Assembly (NCBI GenBank): GCA_964612825.1
Contig: CAZTCW010000051.1
Span: 4,452-68,451, forward strand
Length of the DNA: 64,000 bases
Reading direction: 5' to 3'
Source of the DNA: an uncultured Dehalococcoidia bacterium
GTDB lineage: Bacteria > Chloroflexota > Dehalococcoidia > Lucifugimonadales > UBA1127
Below are positions 20,359-29,416 of this stretch, one piece after another (positions within the stretch are counted from its first letter, which is position 1; the number at the start of each line of letters is the position of its first letter). The position numbers and the translations under genes were made by a program. A model generated the notes under the pieces. The model ran no database searches and had not been told where the DNA came from. It saw only the letters and a list, made by a program, of their open reading frames with translations.

Positions 20359-21667
20359 GTCTTAATACAGCAGCGAGATGTTCGATTTCATCTCGGCTGT
20401 TCATTTCTGTTACCGAGAATAGCATCCCGTCTGGGACAAATGAACTGATATCCAATCCACCAATGATTTGGTGCTTTAAAAGAATCTTGTTTAGGGATTC
20501 AGGAGGAATTGGCGACCGTACGACGAATTCATTGAACCAGATATCTTGGGACAACACAGAATAACCAGGTATGTCATCAATTAGTGTCGCAGCGTAATGG
20601 GCTTTTTGATAACACAATTCTGCTACTGAACGTAATCCCTTAGGGCCTAAGGCGGCTAAGTATACAGTTGCCCCCGTGGCGATTAGAGCCTCTGATGTGC
20701 AAATATTTGAAGTGGCTCGTTGCCTTCGAATATGTTGTTCCCTAGTTTGAAGGGTGAGCACGAAACCGGTCCTGCCAGAATGGTCTAATGTTTTACCCAC
20801 GATTCGTCCGGGCATTTGACGAATAAATTCTTGCTTACAAGCAAAGAGCCCAACAAATGGACCCCCATATGTCATGGGAGCCCCGAGTGATTGGCATTCT
20901 CCTACAACTATGTCAACTCCTTGTTTTCCAGGGGGATTGAACAAGCCTAACGAGATAGGGTCAACGCTGGCCACTAAAAGGGCTCCCGCAGAATGGGTTA
21001 ATTCTGCCAGTTTGTCGAGAGGTGTTATAGACCCAAAAAAGTTTGGGGATTGGACAAGAACACAAGCTGTATTTTTGTCGACATTCAAATCGTCTATAGG
21101 GCAAGATTCGAGTGTAAGGCCCTGAGGGATTGCGTATGTCCCTACTACTTCCTGGTATCTCGGGTTTACGGAAGATAAAGAAACGATCTTAGTTCTGTTA
21201 GAAACGCGGCATGCCATGAGTGCCGCTTCTGCAAGGGCGGTAGCACCATCATACATGCCTGCGTTGGCCACATCCATTTCCGTTAGCAAACAGATTAGAC
21301 TTTGGAACTCGTAAGTGGCCTGTAAAGTTCCTTGGCTTACTTCTGGCTGATAAGGGGTATACGATGTTAGAAATTCCCCTCTACTAATGATCGCTTTAAC
21401 CACACTTGGGATGAAGTGTGGATACGCTCCAGCACCAAGGAAACAAGAATAAGTTCCGGGCGTGATGTTCCTGTTGGCTATACCGGCCAGTTCTTGTCGT
21501 AGTTGCATTTCTGAAAGTGGAGGAGGGAGGTTAAGTTGTGGGTTTAAATGGTTTTGCGGCAAATCCTGAAAGAGGTCCTCGGGAGAATGTGCACCTATTT
21601 TTTCCAACATCGCTTTTCGTTGCACGGCGGTTGTTGGAAGATAAGGATGTACGAAGGCGTCAGTCAT
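20345..21667 (-). CDS. gcvPA: Glycine dehydrogenase (decarboxylating) subunit 1 (P-protein alpha)
   Basis: 440 aa, typical GcvPA sequence (…FLGAGAYPHFIPSVV…YTPYQPEVSQGTLQ…), located between gcvH and gcvPB. Confidence 0.95.
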   Translation of the reverse strand: MTDAFVHPYLPTTAVQRKAMLEKIGAHSPEDLFQDLPQNHLNPQLNLPPPLSEMQLRQELAGIANRNITPGTYSCFLGAGAYPHFIPSVVKAIISRGEFLTSYTPYQPEVSQGTLQATYEFQSLICLLTEMDVANAGMYDGATALAEAALMACRVSNRTKIVSLSSVNPRYQEVVGTYAIPQGLTLESCPIDDLNVDKNTACVLVQSPNFFGSITPLDKLAELTHSAGALLVASVDPISLGLFNPPGKQGVDIVVGECQSLGAPMTYGGPFVGLFACKQEFIRQMPGRIVGKTLDHSGRTGFVLTLQTREQHIRRQRATSNICTSEALIATGATVYLAALGPKGLRSVAELCYQKAHYAATLIDDIPGYSVLSQDIWFNEFVVRSPIPPESLNKILLKHQIIGGLDISSFVPDGMLFSVTEMNSRDEIEHLAAVLRHEAP

Positions 21668-21675
21668 TTGTTTTC

Positions 21676-22077
21676 TTAGGATCCCGCAGAAGATAAAAGA
21701 CTTTGGTATTCGTCTAAGGATAAAAGATTCGTCAGTTCATTTCTGTCAGAGATCTTTAATTTTACCAACCAACCATCGGCGTATGGGTCCGAATTGACTA
21801 ATTCAGGCCGGCTTATAGCATCTTCATTAATGTCCAACACCTCACCGCTAATTGGACAAAAAAGATCAGAAACGGATTTTACTGATTCAACTTCTCCCAA
21901 TTTTTCGAACTGTTTAATGTGTGAACCCTTTACCGGGAGATCAAGGTATACAATATCTCCGAGTTGGTCTTGTGCGAATGAGGTGATTCCCACTGTGGCA
22001 GAATCGTCTTCGCCTAAGCGAATCCACTCGTGTTCTTTGGTATAAAGTAATCCACTTGGGTTATCTAAATTTGTCAT
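21676..22077 (-). CDS. gcvH: Glycine cleavage system H protein
   Basis: 133 aa. Lipoyl-lysine motif GEVESVKSVSDL; YTKEHEW N-terminus. Confidence 0.95.
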   Translation of the reverse strand: MTNLDNPSGLLYTKEHEWIRLGEDDSATVGITSFAQDQLGDIVYLDLPVKGSHIKQFEKLGEVESVKSVSDLFCPISGEVLDINEDAISRPELVNSDPYADGWLVKLKISDRNELTNLLSLDEYQSLLSSAGS

Positions 22078-22140
22078 TTGCCATCTCTTATAGAAATTAG
22101 AATCGGAGAGAATGCGTTAACTCTAATCATCGTTTGCCTA

Positions 22141-23271
22141 TTAGTTTTTACGGTAAAAAGGGGTACCGGTAATCTCTGCGGGAACAAGACGACCTCGAAT
22201 ATCAATAGATAGAGCGGTACCGATTCCTGAGTGTTCAACCGAAACATAGCCCAACCCTATACTAGTGTCAAGAGATATTGAAAATCCTCCACTCGTAACA
22301 GCCCCTACTTCAATTGATCCGGAATATATAGAGTATCCATGGCGAGCAATACCCTTGTCCGTAAGACGAAAACCAACTAGTTTTCGAGATAAGCCTCGGG
22401 CTTGTTGATTCGCAAGAGCCTCCCTGCCCACGAAGCTTTTCTCTAAGTGGAGGAATTTGTCTAATTGTGCCTCTAAAGGGGTGGTGGATTCGTTTATATC
22501 TACCCCGGAAAGCATCAGGCCTGCCTCGAGGCGAAGAGCGTCTCTTGCCCCTAGACCGCATGGCAACGCGCCGTGGGACGTTAGGCAATTCCAAACCAAG
22601 GAAGCAGAATAGGCGGGGCATATAATTTCAAAACCATCTTCTCCCGTATACCCGGTGCGACTAATGGATAGCGTGAATTGATTTTGACTAGAAACTATAG
22701 ATGGTCGATGATCAGAAAACCGGAATGGACGCAATGTGGAAGCCTGAAAACTAAATGCCCTGTCGATCAATGAGGCGGCCTTAGGGCCTTGTACAGCAAT
22801 CATGGCTGTATCAAAAGTAATATCGCTTAATTTTATCTCAGTATAGAAGTTCATCCACGAACCCAGCCAAGTCCGGACGATCTCTCTTGTGGAGGCGTTG
22901 CACACTATAAGGAAGCTTGGTCCATCTTCCTTGGTTTTTTGAAGGTTAGAGACAAGTATATCATCGATGATCCCGGCATCATCGTTTAAAACAAACCCAT
23001 ACCGAGATTGACCTGGAGCCAAGTTTGAAATTCTTGGTGTAAGTAGATTTTCAAGGAGAGAGATGGAATCTGCGCCTTCGACGATTAGCCGGCCCATATG
23101 AGAGACATCGAAGATTCCGCAGGCGGATCTGACAGCTCTGGCCTCAGCCAAGATCCCAATGTATTGCAACGGCATATCCCAACCCCCAAATGGCACTAAT
23201 CTTGCTCCTGAATCTAAGTGGATATCATGGAGTGGCGTTAATAAAAGGTCATCTTGAGGGAAAGAAGACAA
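22141..23271 (-). CDS. gcvT: Aminomethyltransferase (glycine cleavage T protein)
   Basis: 376 aa. FGGWDMPLQY, FDVSHMG and the C-terminal barrel; first gene of the gcvT-H-PA-PB operon. Confidence 0.95.
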   Translation of the reverse strand: MSSFPQDDLLLTPLHDIHLDSGARLVPFGGWDMPLQYIGILAEARAVRSACGIFDVSHMGRLIVEGADSISLLENLLTPRISNLAPGQSRYGFVLNDDAGIIDDILVSNLQKTKEDGPSFLIVCNASTREIVRTWLGSWMNFYTEIKLSDITFDTAMIAVQGPKAASLIDRAFSFQASTLRPFRFSDHRPSIVSSQNQFTLSISRTGYTGEDGFEIICPAYSASLVWNCLTSHGALPCGLGARDALRLEAGLMLSGVDINESTTPLEAQLDKFLHLEKSFVGREALANQQARGLSRKLVGFRLTDKGIARHGYSIYSGSIEVGAVTSGGFSISLDTSIGLGYVSVEHSGIGTALSIDIRGRLVPAEITGTPFYRKN

Positions 23272-23402
23272 TTATCCTCCTTAAACGGGGGGTTATCGAA
23301 ATGTTATCTAGGAGACGCTTGAAGTGTCAAGGAGGAATGAAGGGCTACTTTTTTTAGTACCCGTATTTGAAATTGGTTATTCAGGCAAATTGTCGACATG
23401 AG

Positions 23403-24185
23403 TTAATGTGGAATCTGGACGGAAGATTGGTTTTCGACTAATAGAATCATTCTTTTTGAGTCAAGAGAATATGGATCCCGCTGAAAGCTCCCAAAAAAAG
23501 ATTTAACCGTTAGCCCTGATAAATTAAATAGTTCTATCATTTCAGTCAGGCTGTATAAACGAATGTGGTGCCCTGCAGTTACTTTTCTAGTTCCATCGGG
23601 GTAAATAATTGTAAAATTGATATGATTTCGACTTGAAATCAGATCTAGGGCTCGATGCTCTAAGTGTATAATTCCACCTTGGCCCTCTCGCCATTCGGTC
23701 TGGTCGTAATTTCTGATGACCCACTCGCGGTTTATGAGATCCATCAATAATAATCCCCCTGGCTTAAGAGCGGCTTTAATAGCTTTTAAGACAGAAAGGT
23801 TTTCCTCATGAGATTCCAAATAGCCAAAGGAACTGTAAATATTGATTACGGCATCGAGTTCTCCGTAAAATGGGATAGTCCGCATGTCTTTGTTTATTAG
23901 ATTAAGAAGAACGTTTTCCTTTTTTGCATACTCTTCTGCCTGTCTAAGGTAATCAGCATTAAGGTCTTGGCCCGTGACGTTAAACCCATGCTTAGCTAAA
24001 GCAACTGCATGTCTTCCTTGGCCACAACATAGATCCAGAATCGTACTTTTTGGGGGCAATTCAAGCAGGGCTTCGATGAAAGATACTTCTAAATTAGTTC
24101 GTTCCGCTGAGAAGGTATACCCATAAATTTCTAGGTAATCATCCGAAAAAAAATCGATGTACCATGGGTTGGTTGATTTAGGCAT
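23403..24185 (-). CDS. Class I SAM-dependent methyltransferase
   Basis: 260 aa. Motif I ILDLCCGQGRHA, post-I acidic residue (GQDLN), motif II/III region. Substrate unknown. Confidence 0.8.
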   Translation of the reverse strand: MPKSTNPWYIDFFSDDYLEIYGYTFSAERTNLEVSFIEALLELPPKSTILDLCCGQGRHAVALAKHGFNVTGQDLNADYLRQAEEYAKKENVLLNLINKDMRTIPFYGELDAVINIYSSFGYLESHEENLSVLKAIKAALKPGGLLLMDLINREWVIRNYDQTEWREGQGGIIHLEHRALDLISSRNHINFTIIYPDGTRKVTAGHHIRLYSLTEMIELFNLSGLTVKSFFGSFQRDPYSLDSKRMILLVENQSSVQIPH

Positions 24186-24303
24186 TTGAAGCTCGTTATT
24201 ATGGGAAGATGGTGATAAAAAATCTAAGTGGTATCAGATTACCATAACTTCGTATTTTGATACCATTCAATCTTGAAAAAGGACGTCGTCCATCAAGGAG
24301 ATC

Positions 24304-25080
24304 GTGATGATTTCGCTTAAAGGAAAATCGGCCATAATTTTTGGCTCCAAGCGGATGGGAGCAATCGTTGCAAGACGACTATCGTTAGAGGGAGTTAATC
24401 TTACACTTACGTATAGAGAATCACGGGAACAAGTTCTCCAACTAAAGGAGGAATTGGTACAGACCGGAGTAAAGGTAGAAATAATCAGGTGTGACGTTAG
24501 TAATGAAAAAGACGTAGTAAGTACGATTTCCAAATCTGTAACCTATATGGGGAATTTATGGTTTATTGTGAATTTGGCCTCTGAATTCCCAAGAACACCA
24601 TATAAATCGTTAAATGGAGACTCTTGGGACCGAGCAATGGAGGCAGCGAAGGGAAATTATCTAACCACGTTGTATGGATCGAGGCAAATGACAGAAAACT
24701 CAGGTAAGACAAAAGGCCACATAGTAATGTTCGGGGACTGGGCTGCCGCTGAAACCCCATATCTTAATTATCTCCCTTATTTGACATCTAAGGCGTCTAT
24801 AGCCTTCATGAATAAAGCGTTCGCTCTCGAGCTGTCAAGCCATGGAATTTTGGTTAATGCGATTGCACCAGGCCCCACAATTCGTCCAGAGACCATGTCC
24901 AAAGAATCTTGGGCCTCAGAGGTAATTTCTAAGACCCCGTTAGGAAGAGAATCATCGGGAGAAGAAATAGCAGAATTAGTAGTGATATTATTAAAAAGTG
25001 AAACTCTTACCGGAGAAATGATCCGTGTCGATTCAGGACGCCATTTGGCTGGGGCTTTTTTATCGCGGAGGGAAGAGTGA
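24304..25080 (+). CDS. Short-chain dehydrogenase/reductase, pteridine-reductase (PTR1/FolM)-like
   Basis: 258 aa. Cofactor loop is GSKRMGAIVA (G-x-x-R-x-G, as in PTR1/FolM) rather than classical TGxxxGIG. Y-x3-K is YLTSK. The position aligned by eye to the catalytic Ser is Asp (IVMFGD). Its stop overlaps the queD GTG start (GTGA). Confidence 0.75.
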   Translation: MMISLKGKSAIIFGSKRMGAIVARRLSLEGVNLTLTYRESREQVLQLKEELVQTGVKVEIIRCDVSNEKDVVSTISKSVTYMGNLWFIVNLASEFPRTPYKSLNGDSWDRAMEAAKGNYLTTLYGSRQMTENSGKTKGHIVMFGDWAAAETPYLNYLPYLTSKASIAFMNKAFALELSSHGILVNAIAPGPTIRPETMSKESWASEVISKTPLGRESSGEEIAELVVILLKSETLTGEMIRVDSGRHLAGAFLSRREE

Positions 25081-25484
25081 TATATACAATAGTCAAAGCA
25101 ATAGATTTTTGTTACGGGCATAGGTTGCTAAATTATGAAGGGAAATGTCGGCACCTTCATGGCCATAATGGCCTTCTAGAGGTCGAACTATATTCCAAGA
25201 CATTAGATTCTAAGGGCATGGTAATGGATTTCACTGAAATTCGGAATATCGTTAAAAAATGGGTCGATGAAAATTTGGACCATAAAATGCTTCTTTGCAA
25301 AGAAGACCCTGTTGCAAGAATGCTTGTTCACTTGGGGGAAGAGGTTTATTTGATGGAAAGTAATCCGACAGCCGAAAACATAGCCAAGCATATCTACGAG
25401 GCAATCGGCACTCAGGGGGTTAATGTCGCTAGGGTGAAGTTATGGGAAACCCCCTCGAGTTATGCCAGTGTAAGCGCTGAATAA
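25077..25484 (+). CDS. queD: 6-carboxy-5,6,7,8-tetrahydropterin synthase / PTPS-family protein
   Basis: 135 aa. C-x3-H-G-H motif (KCRHLHGHN), FCYGHRL, PTPS fold length. GTG start overlapping the SDR stop. Confidence 0.85.
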   Translation: MIYTIVKAIDFCYGHRLLNYEGKCRHLHGHNGLLEVELYSKTLDSKGMVMDFTEIRNIVKKWVDENLDHKMLLCKEDPVARMLVHLGEEVYLMESNPTAENIAKHIYEAIGTQGVNVARVKLWETPSSYASVSAE

Positions 25485-25486
25485 CA

Positions 25487-26140
25487 ATGCGTAAAACAGC
25501 CGTATTAACAAGTGGAGGGATGGACAGTTCAATTTTATTGTGGGACTTATCACAACGAGCTGAAGTTTACCCCCTTTACGTCCAGAAAGGATTATCCTGG
25601 GAAACCACGGAGCTTTCCTTTCTATCCCAGTTTATCGGTTCAATTTCTAATGGGAAGGTGCACCCTGTAACAGTTCTGAATGTAGGTGCTGTAGATTTAT
25701 ATGGGGAGCATTGGAGCCTTAATGGAGTAGGTGTCCCAGGGGCTGACAGTTCAGATGAGTCAGTTTTCCTACCTGGCAGAAATATTTTGCTGATAGGGCT
25801 AGCCGCAATCTGGTGTTACACAAATTCTATACAGGAAATAGCGATAGGCTCTTTATCTGCCAATCCATTTCCAGATGCGACACCAAAATTTTTTGTAGAC
25901 TATTCAAAATTGCTTTCCGAAGCTTTGAACTATCCAATTTCCATATCCGCTCCGTATAGAGGTCAACAGAAAGATATGCTAATCAAAAAATTTTCACATT
26001 TGCCACTTAACTTAACCTTTACATGCATTTTTCCTATTTCTGGACTGCACTGTGGTTCATGCAATAAATGTAGTGAGCGGAAACGCGCATTCCAAGATTC
26101 TGGCTCTAAGGATCTAACTGCTTATTACCTATCCAATTAG
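25487..26140 (+). CDS. queC: 7-cyano-7-deazaguanine (preQ0) synthase
   Basis: 217 aa. PP-loop SGGMDSS and a C-terminal Zn-Cys cluster (CIFP…CGSCNKCSERKRAF). Confidence 0.9.
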   Translation: MRKTAVLTSGGMDSSILLWDLSQRAEVYPLYVQKGLSWETTELSFLSQFIGSISNGKVHPVTVLNVGAVDLYGEHWSLNGVGVPGADSSDESVFLPGRNILLIGLAAIWCYTNSIQEIAIGSLSANPFPDATPKFFVDYSKLLSEALNYPISISAPYRGQQKDMLIKKFSHLPLNLTFTCIFPISGLHCGSCNKCSERKRAFQDSGSKDLTAYYLSN

Positions 26141-26149
26141 GGGGAAAAG

Positions 26150-26770
26150 ATGAATGACACTAATACGAAAATTCAAGCATTAGAACCGCTCCTGCGAGAA
26201 GTACTTTTAACCTTAGGCGAGGATCCAGGTCGTGAAGGACTAAAAAAAACTCCACAACGTTGGGCAGAGGCTTTGGTGAGTTATACGCAGGGGACCGACC
26301 AAAACCCCGAAGATCATTTGAAAGTAATGTTTGAACTTGGAGAACACGAATATCCCGAACAAACTGACGATATGGTTATGGTGGACAATATCGAATTTGT
26401 TTCCACTTGTGAGCATCATATGGCTCCATTCCGAGGAGTGGCGCACATCGCATACATCCCGAATCCTGAAACTAGAAGAATCACGGGATTGTCCAAACTT
26501 TCTAGGCTTGTGGAAGTCTACTCAAACCGATTGCAGATTCAGGAAAGAATGACCAACCAAATTGCAAAAGCTATCGATCAAATTCTTCTTCCTTTAGGGG
26601 TCATTGTTGTTATCAGGGCAATGCATTTTTGTATGATTCAACGTGGAGTCAAACAGCGTTCTTCATCGGCCCTGACCACCGCTCGGCGAGGTATGTTCTT
26701 AGATAACCCTGGGTTAGAAATAAAATTCCAAAATTATCTTAACCTAACTAACAAATTAAACGACCTTTAA
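26150..26770 (+). CDS. folE: GTP cyclohydrolase I (FolE type IA)
   Basis: 206 aa. STCEHHMAPFRGVAHIAYIP and RLQIQERMT signatures. Confidence 0.92.
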   Translation: MNDTNTKIQALEPLLREVLLTLGEDPGREGLKKTPQRWAEALVSYTQGTDQNPEDHLKVMFELGEHEYPEQTDDMVMVDNIEFVSTCEHHMAPFRGVAHIAYIPNPETRRITGLSKLSRLVEVYSNRLQIQERMTNQIAKAIDQILLPLGVIVVIRAMHFCMIQRGVKQRSSSALTTARRGMFLDNPGLEIKFQNYLNLTNKLNDL

Positions 26771-26873
26771 CAAACTGAAGGAGATGTTTGGATTCTAGAG
26801 CGGGTTGGCAATCTAAAATTAAATGGCTTTACAGGTTAGCTAGCTACCAGCCAGGGAAACCAAAAGAGCAGTA

Positions 26874-27284
26874 ATGAGCGCCCTACCATTTTTTATAAAT
26901 AGCAGATACTTCAATCGAATCATATATTTGTTTTGGTTTGCCTTTGTGCTAATGGTTGCTTGTGCACAAGAGGGTACCCCACAAGAAAATTTAACCGGCG
27001 AGGTTCAGGGAAATGTCCGACACGTAAAGGTTTTAATGTCAAATTACCGGTTCGAACCCCGTATATATCATGTTAGGGTGGGTGAACTAACCGAATTCAA
27101 TATGGAAAGCAACGATGGTGTTCATACGTTTTCTATTGAGGAACTGGATATCGATTGGGTAATTGATTCTGACAATCCCGAAACCAAAAGCTACACCTTC
27201 ACAGAACCCGGCGAGTACAAGTTGATTTGCTTGATTCCTCCTCACGGCTCTTTGGGAATGGTTGGCTCCATTATCGTCAAGTGA
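26874..27284 (+). CDS. Cupredoxin-domain (type-1 copper-like) exported/lipoprotein
   Basis: 136 aa. Signal peptide with LMVAC lipobox-like site. Putative blue-copper ligands are H in GVHTF and C-x3-H-x4-M in KLICLIPPHGSLGM. Confidence 0.7.
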   Translation: MSALPFFINSRYFNRIIYLFWFAFVLMVACAQEGTPQENLTGEVQGNVRHVKVLMSNYRFEPRIYHVRVGELTEFNMESNDGVHTFSIEELDIDWVIDSDNPETKSYTFTEPGEYKLICLIPPHGSLGMVGSIIVK

Positions 27285-27337
27285 AAACTTTGAATAAAGT
27301 CTCTGGGTCTTGACAAAGTAGTCCACCGCGATGGAAC

Positions 27338-27895
27338 ATGATTTGGGAAACTAACCTTAGTTTAAGGGGTGAAACAGTGGAGATTTATTTCGACCTAGTG
27401 AGGTACGGACATATCTTCTCTGGCATCACATGGATAGGTTTGTTGTATTACTTTAACTTTGTCCAGGTGCCATCGTTTGCTCAAATGGATGCAGCAGCGA
27501 GGAGTAACGCGATTCAATTTTTGGTTCCAAGGGCCCTCTTATGGTTCCGATGGTCAGCCTTGGCTACGGTTCTTTTTGGGTTGGCTTTCGTCTTTGGAGC
27601 GATGAGTTCCGATTATATCCCTGATTACGTTGGCTCCCATCGGTTCAAGTCTATTCTTATCGGAGGCACCTTGGGTATCATAATGGCCGCTAATGTGTGG
27701 TTCATTATTTGGCCAAATCAGAAAAAGATTATTGCGGCCGTTACGGCAACAGCGAAAGAAGGAACCCCTGCGCCAGCGGAACAACCTAGGTGGGCAAGAA
27801 AAGCTTTATTGGCTTCCCGCACCAACACAATGTTGTCGTTCCCCATGCTATTTTTCATGGCTGGTGCTATCCATCTTCCCAGTTTGTGGGAATAA
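27338..27895 (+). CDS. Integral membrane protein resembling the transmembrane domain of urate hydroxylase PuuD (COG3748-like), without a cytochrome c domain
   Basis: 185 aa, 4 predicted TM helices. N-terminal motif RYGHIFSGITWIGLLYYFNFVQ resembles the family as I recall it. A GTG at 27377 with AAGGGG 7 nt upstream is a plausible alternative start. Confidence 0.5.
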   Translation: MIWETNLSLRGETVEIYFDLVRYGHIFSGITWIGLLYYFNFVQVPSFAQMDAAARSNAIQFLVPRALLWFRWSALATVLFGLAFVFGAMSSDYIPDYVGSHRFKSILIGGTLGIIMAANVWFIIWPNQKKIIAAVTATAKEGTPAPAEQPRWARKALLASRTNTMLSFPMLFFMAGAIHLPSLWE

Positions 27896-27929
27896 AGAAC
27901 AGAAAGCTTGTTCAAAAAAGAGGGAAGTG

Positions 27930-28034
27930 ATGAAAAACCCACTGGATAGTGTATCTGGTACGATCATTTCAGGCTTGCTAATAACGGTAGCTCTAGTCAT
28001 AGCCGTCCGGATATATGTTTCTGCCACTGGTTAA
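27930..28034 (+). CDS. Possible 34-aa single-pass membrane peptide
   Basis: ATG at 27930 preceded by agagggaag (SD-like). MKNPLDSVSGTIISGLLITVALVIAVRIYVSATG has one clean TM helix. Lies in the same frame as the tail of track ORF 27693..28034. It is short, so weakly supported. Confidence 0.2.
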   Translation: MKNPLDSVSGTIISGLLITVALVIAVRIYVSATG

Positions 28035-28197
28035 GTCTGTCCCATCATATCCTACCGTATAAATTTTGTTGTTTAGCAAGAAATGGGCTCCTCGCGCGTC
28101 TCGAAGAGAATCTACTTCCGGCCATGATTCCTTATTTCGCGTTGATTCTATCGCCCATTACTATGAGATATTCAGAATGAGTTTATTCTAAGGTGGT

Positions 28198-29196
28198 TTG
28201 AGATTGTTTCAGCCAAATGTTATCGGATTGGTTGAGAGCGCTCACAGCGGAGATCGGCGTGCGCTCGCACGACTCCTAACTTATGTTGAGCGGGGAGGCC
28301 CAATCGCGGCGGAAACGCTTCAGGCTGCTAACGATTACACTGGCAATGCCTACATCCTAGGTATTACTGGCCCGCCTGGGGCTGGTAAAAGCACCATTGT
28401 TGATCAGTTGATACATATATTTAGATCAGAGGCTCAATCCGTTGGAGTTCTTGCCGTGGATCCCACCAGCCCTTTCTCGGGCGGCGCATTTTTGGGTGAT
28501 CGCGTAAGAATGCAACATCACTTTTTGGACACTCAGGTTTTCATCCGCAGTATGGCCACTCGCGGAAATACTGGGGGGTTAGCCCGAATGGCTAATAGCG
28601 CAATTCGCGTTATGGATGCGGCTGACATGAACGTCATATTGGTTGAAACTGTTGGGGTTGGACAAACTGAACTGGACGTTATGAAGGCTGTGGATACGTT
28701 GATAGTTGTTATGGTTCCGGAGGCCGGGGATGGAATTCAAACTCTAAAAGCCGGATTAATCGAATCTGCAGATATTTTTGTCGTTAATAAAGCGGACAGA
28801 GAGGGATCCCAACGAATGGAAGGGAATTTAGAGGCCATGCTTAGCATGGCAGAAAAACACCCCTGGTGGCGTCCTCCAATTGTAAAAACTGAAGCCCATC
28901 AAGGGAAAGGCATCGACTCCCTTTATGAGTTAATTCAAGCCCATAAAAAAGCTTTGGACGAAAGCACTAGATTGCAAGAAAAACGGAACCAACGTAACCG
29001 AGAAGAGTTTTTGCGCGCGTTGAAAGAGGGTTTGATTGACCTCGTCAACGTAGCAGTAAGGGATGAAGGTGGATTCGCTTCGCTTATAGCGGAAATTGAA
29101 GAGGGGAGGCAAGATCCTATAGCTGCGGCGTACGATTTACTTAGAGATGGGAAAGAATTTAGAAAATGGCTCTCAGATTTGGAAAAACCATCTTAA
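28198..29196 (+). CDS. meaB: Methylmalonyl-CoA mutase-associated G3E GTPase (MeaB/ArgK)
   Basis: 332 aa. Walker A GPPGAGKST, VETVGVGQ, NKAD. The true start is probably TTG at 28204, 7 nt after the AGGTGG SD. Confidence 0.85.
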   Translation: MRLFQPNVIGLVESAHSGDRRALARLLTYVERGGPIAAETLQAANDYTGNAYILGITGPPGAGKSTIVDQLIHIFRSEAQSVGVLAVDPTSPFSGGAFLGDRVRMQHHFLDTQVFIRSMATRGNTGGLARMANSAIRVMDAADMNVILVETVGVGQTELDVMKAVDTLIVVMVPEAGDGIQTLKAGLIESADIFVVNKADREGSQRMEGNLEAMLSMAEKHPWWRPPIVKTEAHQGKGIDSLYELIQAHKKALDESTRLQEKRNQRNREEFLRALKEGLIDLVNVAVRDEGGFASLIAEIEEGRQDPIAAAYDLLRDGKEFRKWLSDLEKPS

Positions 29197-29416
29197 TAAA
29201 TACTTTCGATTAAATTATTTTATTAGAGCCAATAAACGTTCTTTCAGTGGTTTTATGCACCGTGCTTGTTAGCTAAACGGTTTACTTGTATAGTGTAAGA
29301 AGATAATCCTCCATTACGGATTGATTGAATTTAGGAATGTGGTTCCTTTATCCTTGGAAGTTTTTAGTAGGGAATTTCTGAGGATCGAACTGCCCCACTC
29401 CTGCAAGGTTTGAGGC

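Noticed and set aside
23272-23402. Possible glycine riboswitch in the gcvT leader, which is common upstream of gcvT operons.
   Set aside because: I read the minus-strand leader and found none of the conserved glycine-aptamer elements (GGAGAG…CACCGAAGGGGCAA-type cores, tandem aptamers). The 131-nt spacer is also short for a tandem riboswitch.
24186-24303. Possible preQ1 riboswitch upstream of the SDR-queD-queC-folE operon.
   Set aside because: I found no small hairpin followed by the A-rich …AAAAAACTA-type tail characteristic of preQ1-I, and no preQ1-II/III-like features by eye. The yhhQ gene has only an 18-nt upstream spacer.
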